From positions 9,798,001 to 9,862,000 of the forward strand of contig CM075988.1 of NCBI GenBank assembly GCA_038087875.1: a stretch of 64,000 nucleotides of DNA, read 5' to 3'. Each line of letters opens with the position of its first letter. Positions within the stretch are counted from its first letter, which is position 1. Under the pieces are notes generated by a model that did not search any database, was not told where the DNA came from, and saw nothing but the letters and a program-made list of their open reading frames with translations. The position numbers and the translations under genes were made by a program. Origin of the DNA: Malacoraja senta. Lineage: Eukaryota. This document shows, piece by piece, positions 63,760 to 64,000 of this stretch.

Positions 63760-64000
63760 ATGTTTTATATACTTCAATGGAACGCCCGGAGTCTGATTGG
63801 AAATGGTCAAGAGTTAAAGAGATTTGTTGATGAATTTAAAGAAGCACCAGAATTAATATGTATCCAAGAGACATGGTTAAAGCCCTGTTTAGATTTTGTA
63901 ATCCCAGGTTATGAATGTGTGCAATTAGATAGGTCTGATAGATCAGGTGGGGGTTGTGCAACTTTTGTTAAGACTGGGTTGCAGTATAGGAAAGTTGATA
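63760..64000 (+). CDS. LINE ORF2 N-terminus (apurinic-like endonuclease), partial
   Basis: MFYILQWNARSLIGNGQELKRFV...ICIQETWLKP...DRSGGGCATFV, with no stop before the window edge. Confidence 0.9.
   Translation, partial: MFYILQWNARSLIGNGQELKRFVDEFKEAPELICIQETWLKPCLDFVIPGYECVQLDRSDRSGGGCATFVKTGLQYRKVD

Larger units (their letters stand above)
62417..64000 (+). mobile_element. I-group (Nimb-like) non-LTR retrotransposon, 5' portion, inserted into the DIRS RT
   Basis: 5' UTR, an intact ORF1 with three CCHC knuckles, then an ORF2 endonuclease open to the window end. Confidence 0.88.

Overview
Repeat-dense vertebrate genomic DNA with no complete host gene. About 15 copies of a tRNA-derived V-SINE of the HE1 type and its CR1 partner LINE point to a cartilaginous fish such as a skate or ray (inference from recognised repeat families, not from a database search). 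Retroelements present: fragments of CR1, L1, L2, RTE, Rex1/Babar and Penelope; many short Penelope-derived palindromic insertions with a hammerhead-like core; a degenerate DIRS element; an I-group (Nimb-like) LINE with an intact ORF1 that runs off the right edge; and a deleted Gypsy element whose pol region is replaced by a 25-copy 23-bp array. DNA transposons present: a full-length but mutated Tc1, three PIF/Harbinger-type non-autonomous elements, a hAT-like element with a 7-bp TSD, and a Helitron 3' end. The most striking feature is a 2.16-kb Harbinger-like element (38777-40934, 41-bp perfect TIRs, TTAA on both flanks). It encloses what looks like the captured 5' end of a host gene: a G-rich promoter-like tract, a non-coding exon, an intron, and a signal-peptide exon MQSRWILVILCLCQM-G|GTGAGT. 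This would be a candidate vertebrate Pack-type (transduplicating) Harbinger. Most ORFs in the supplied track are transposon remnants or noise. Family names come from motif recognition only, and boundaries of old repeats are approximate.
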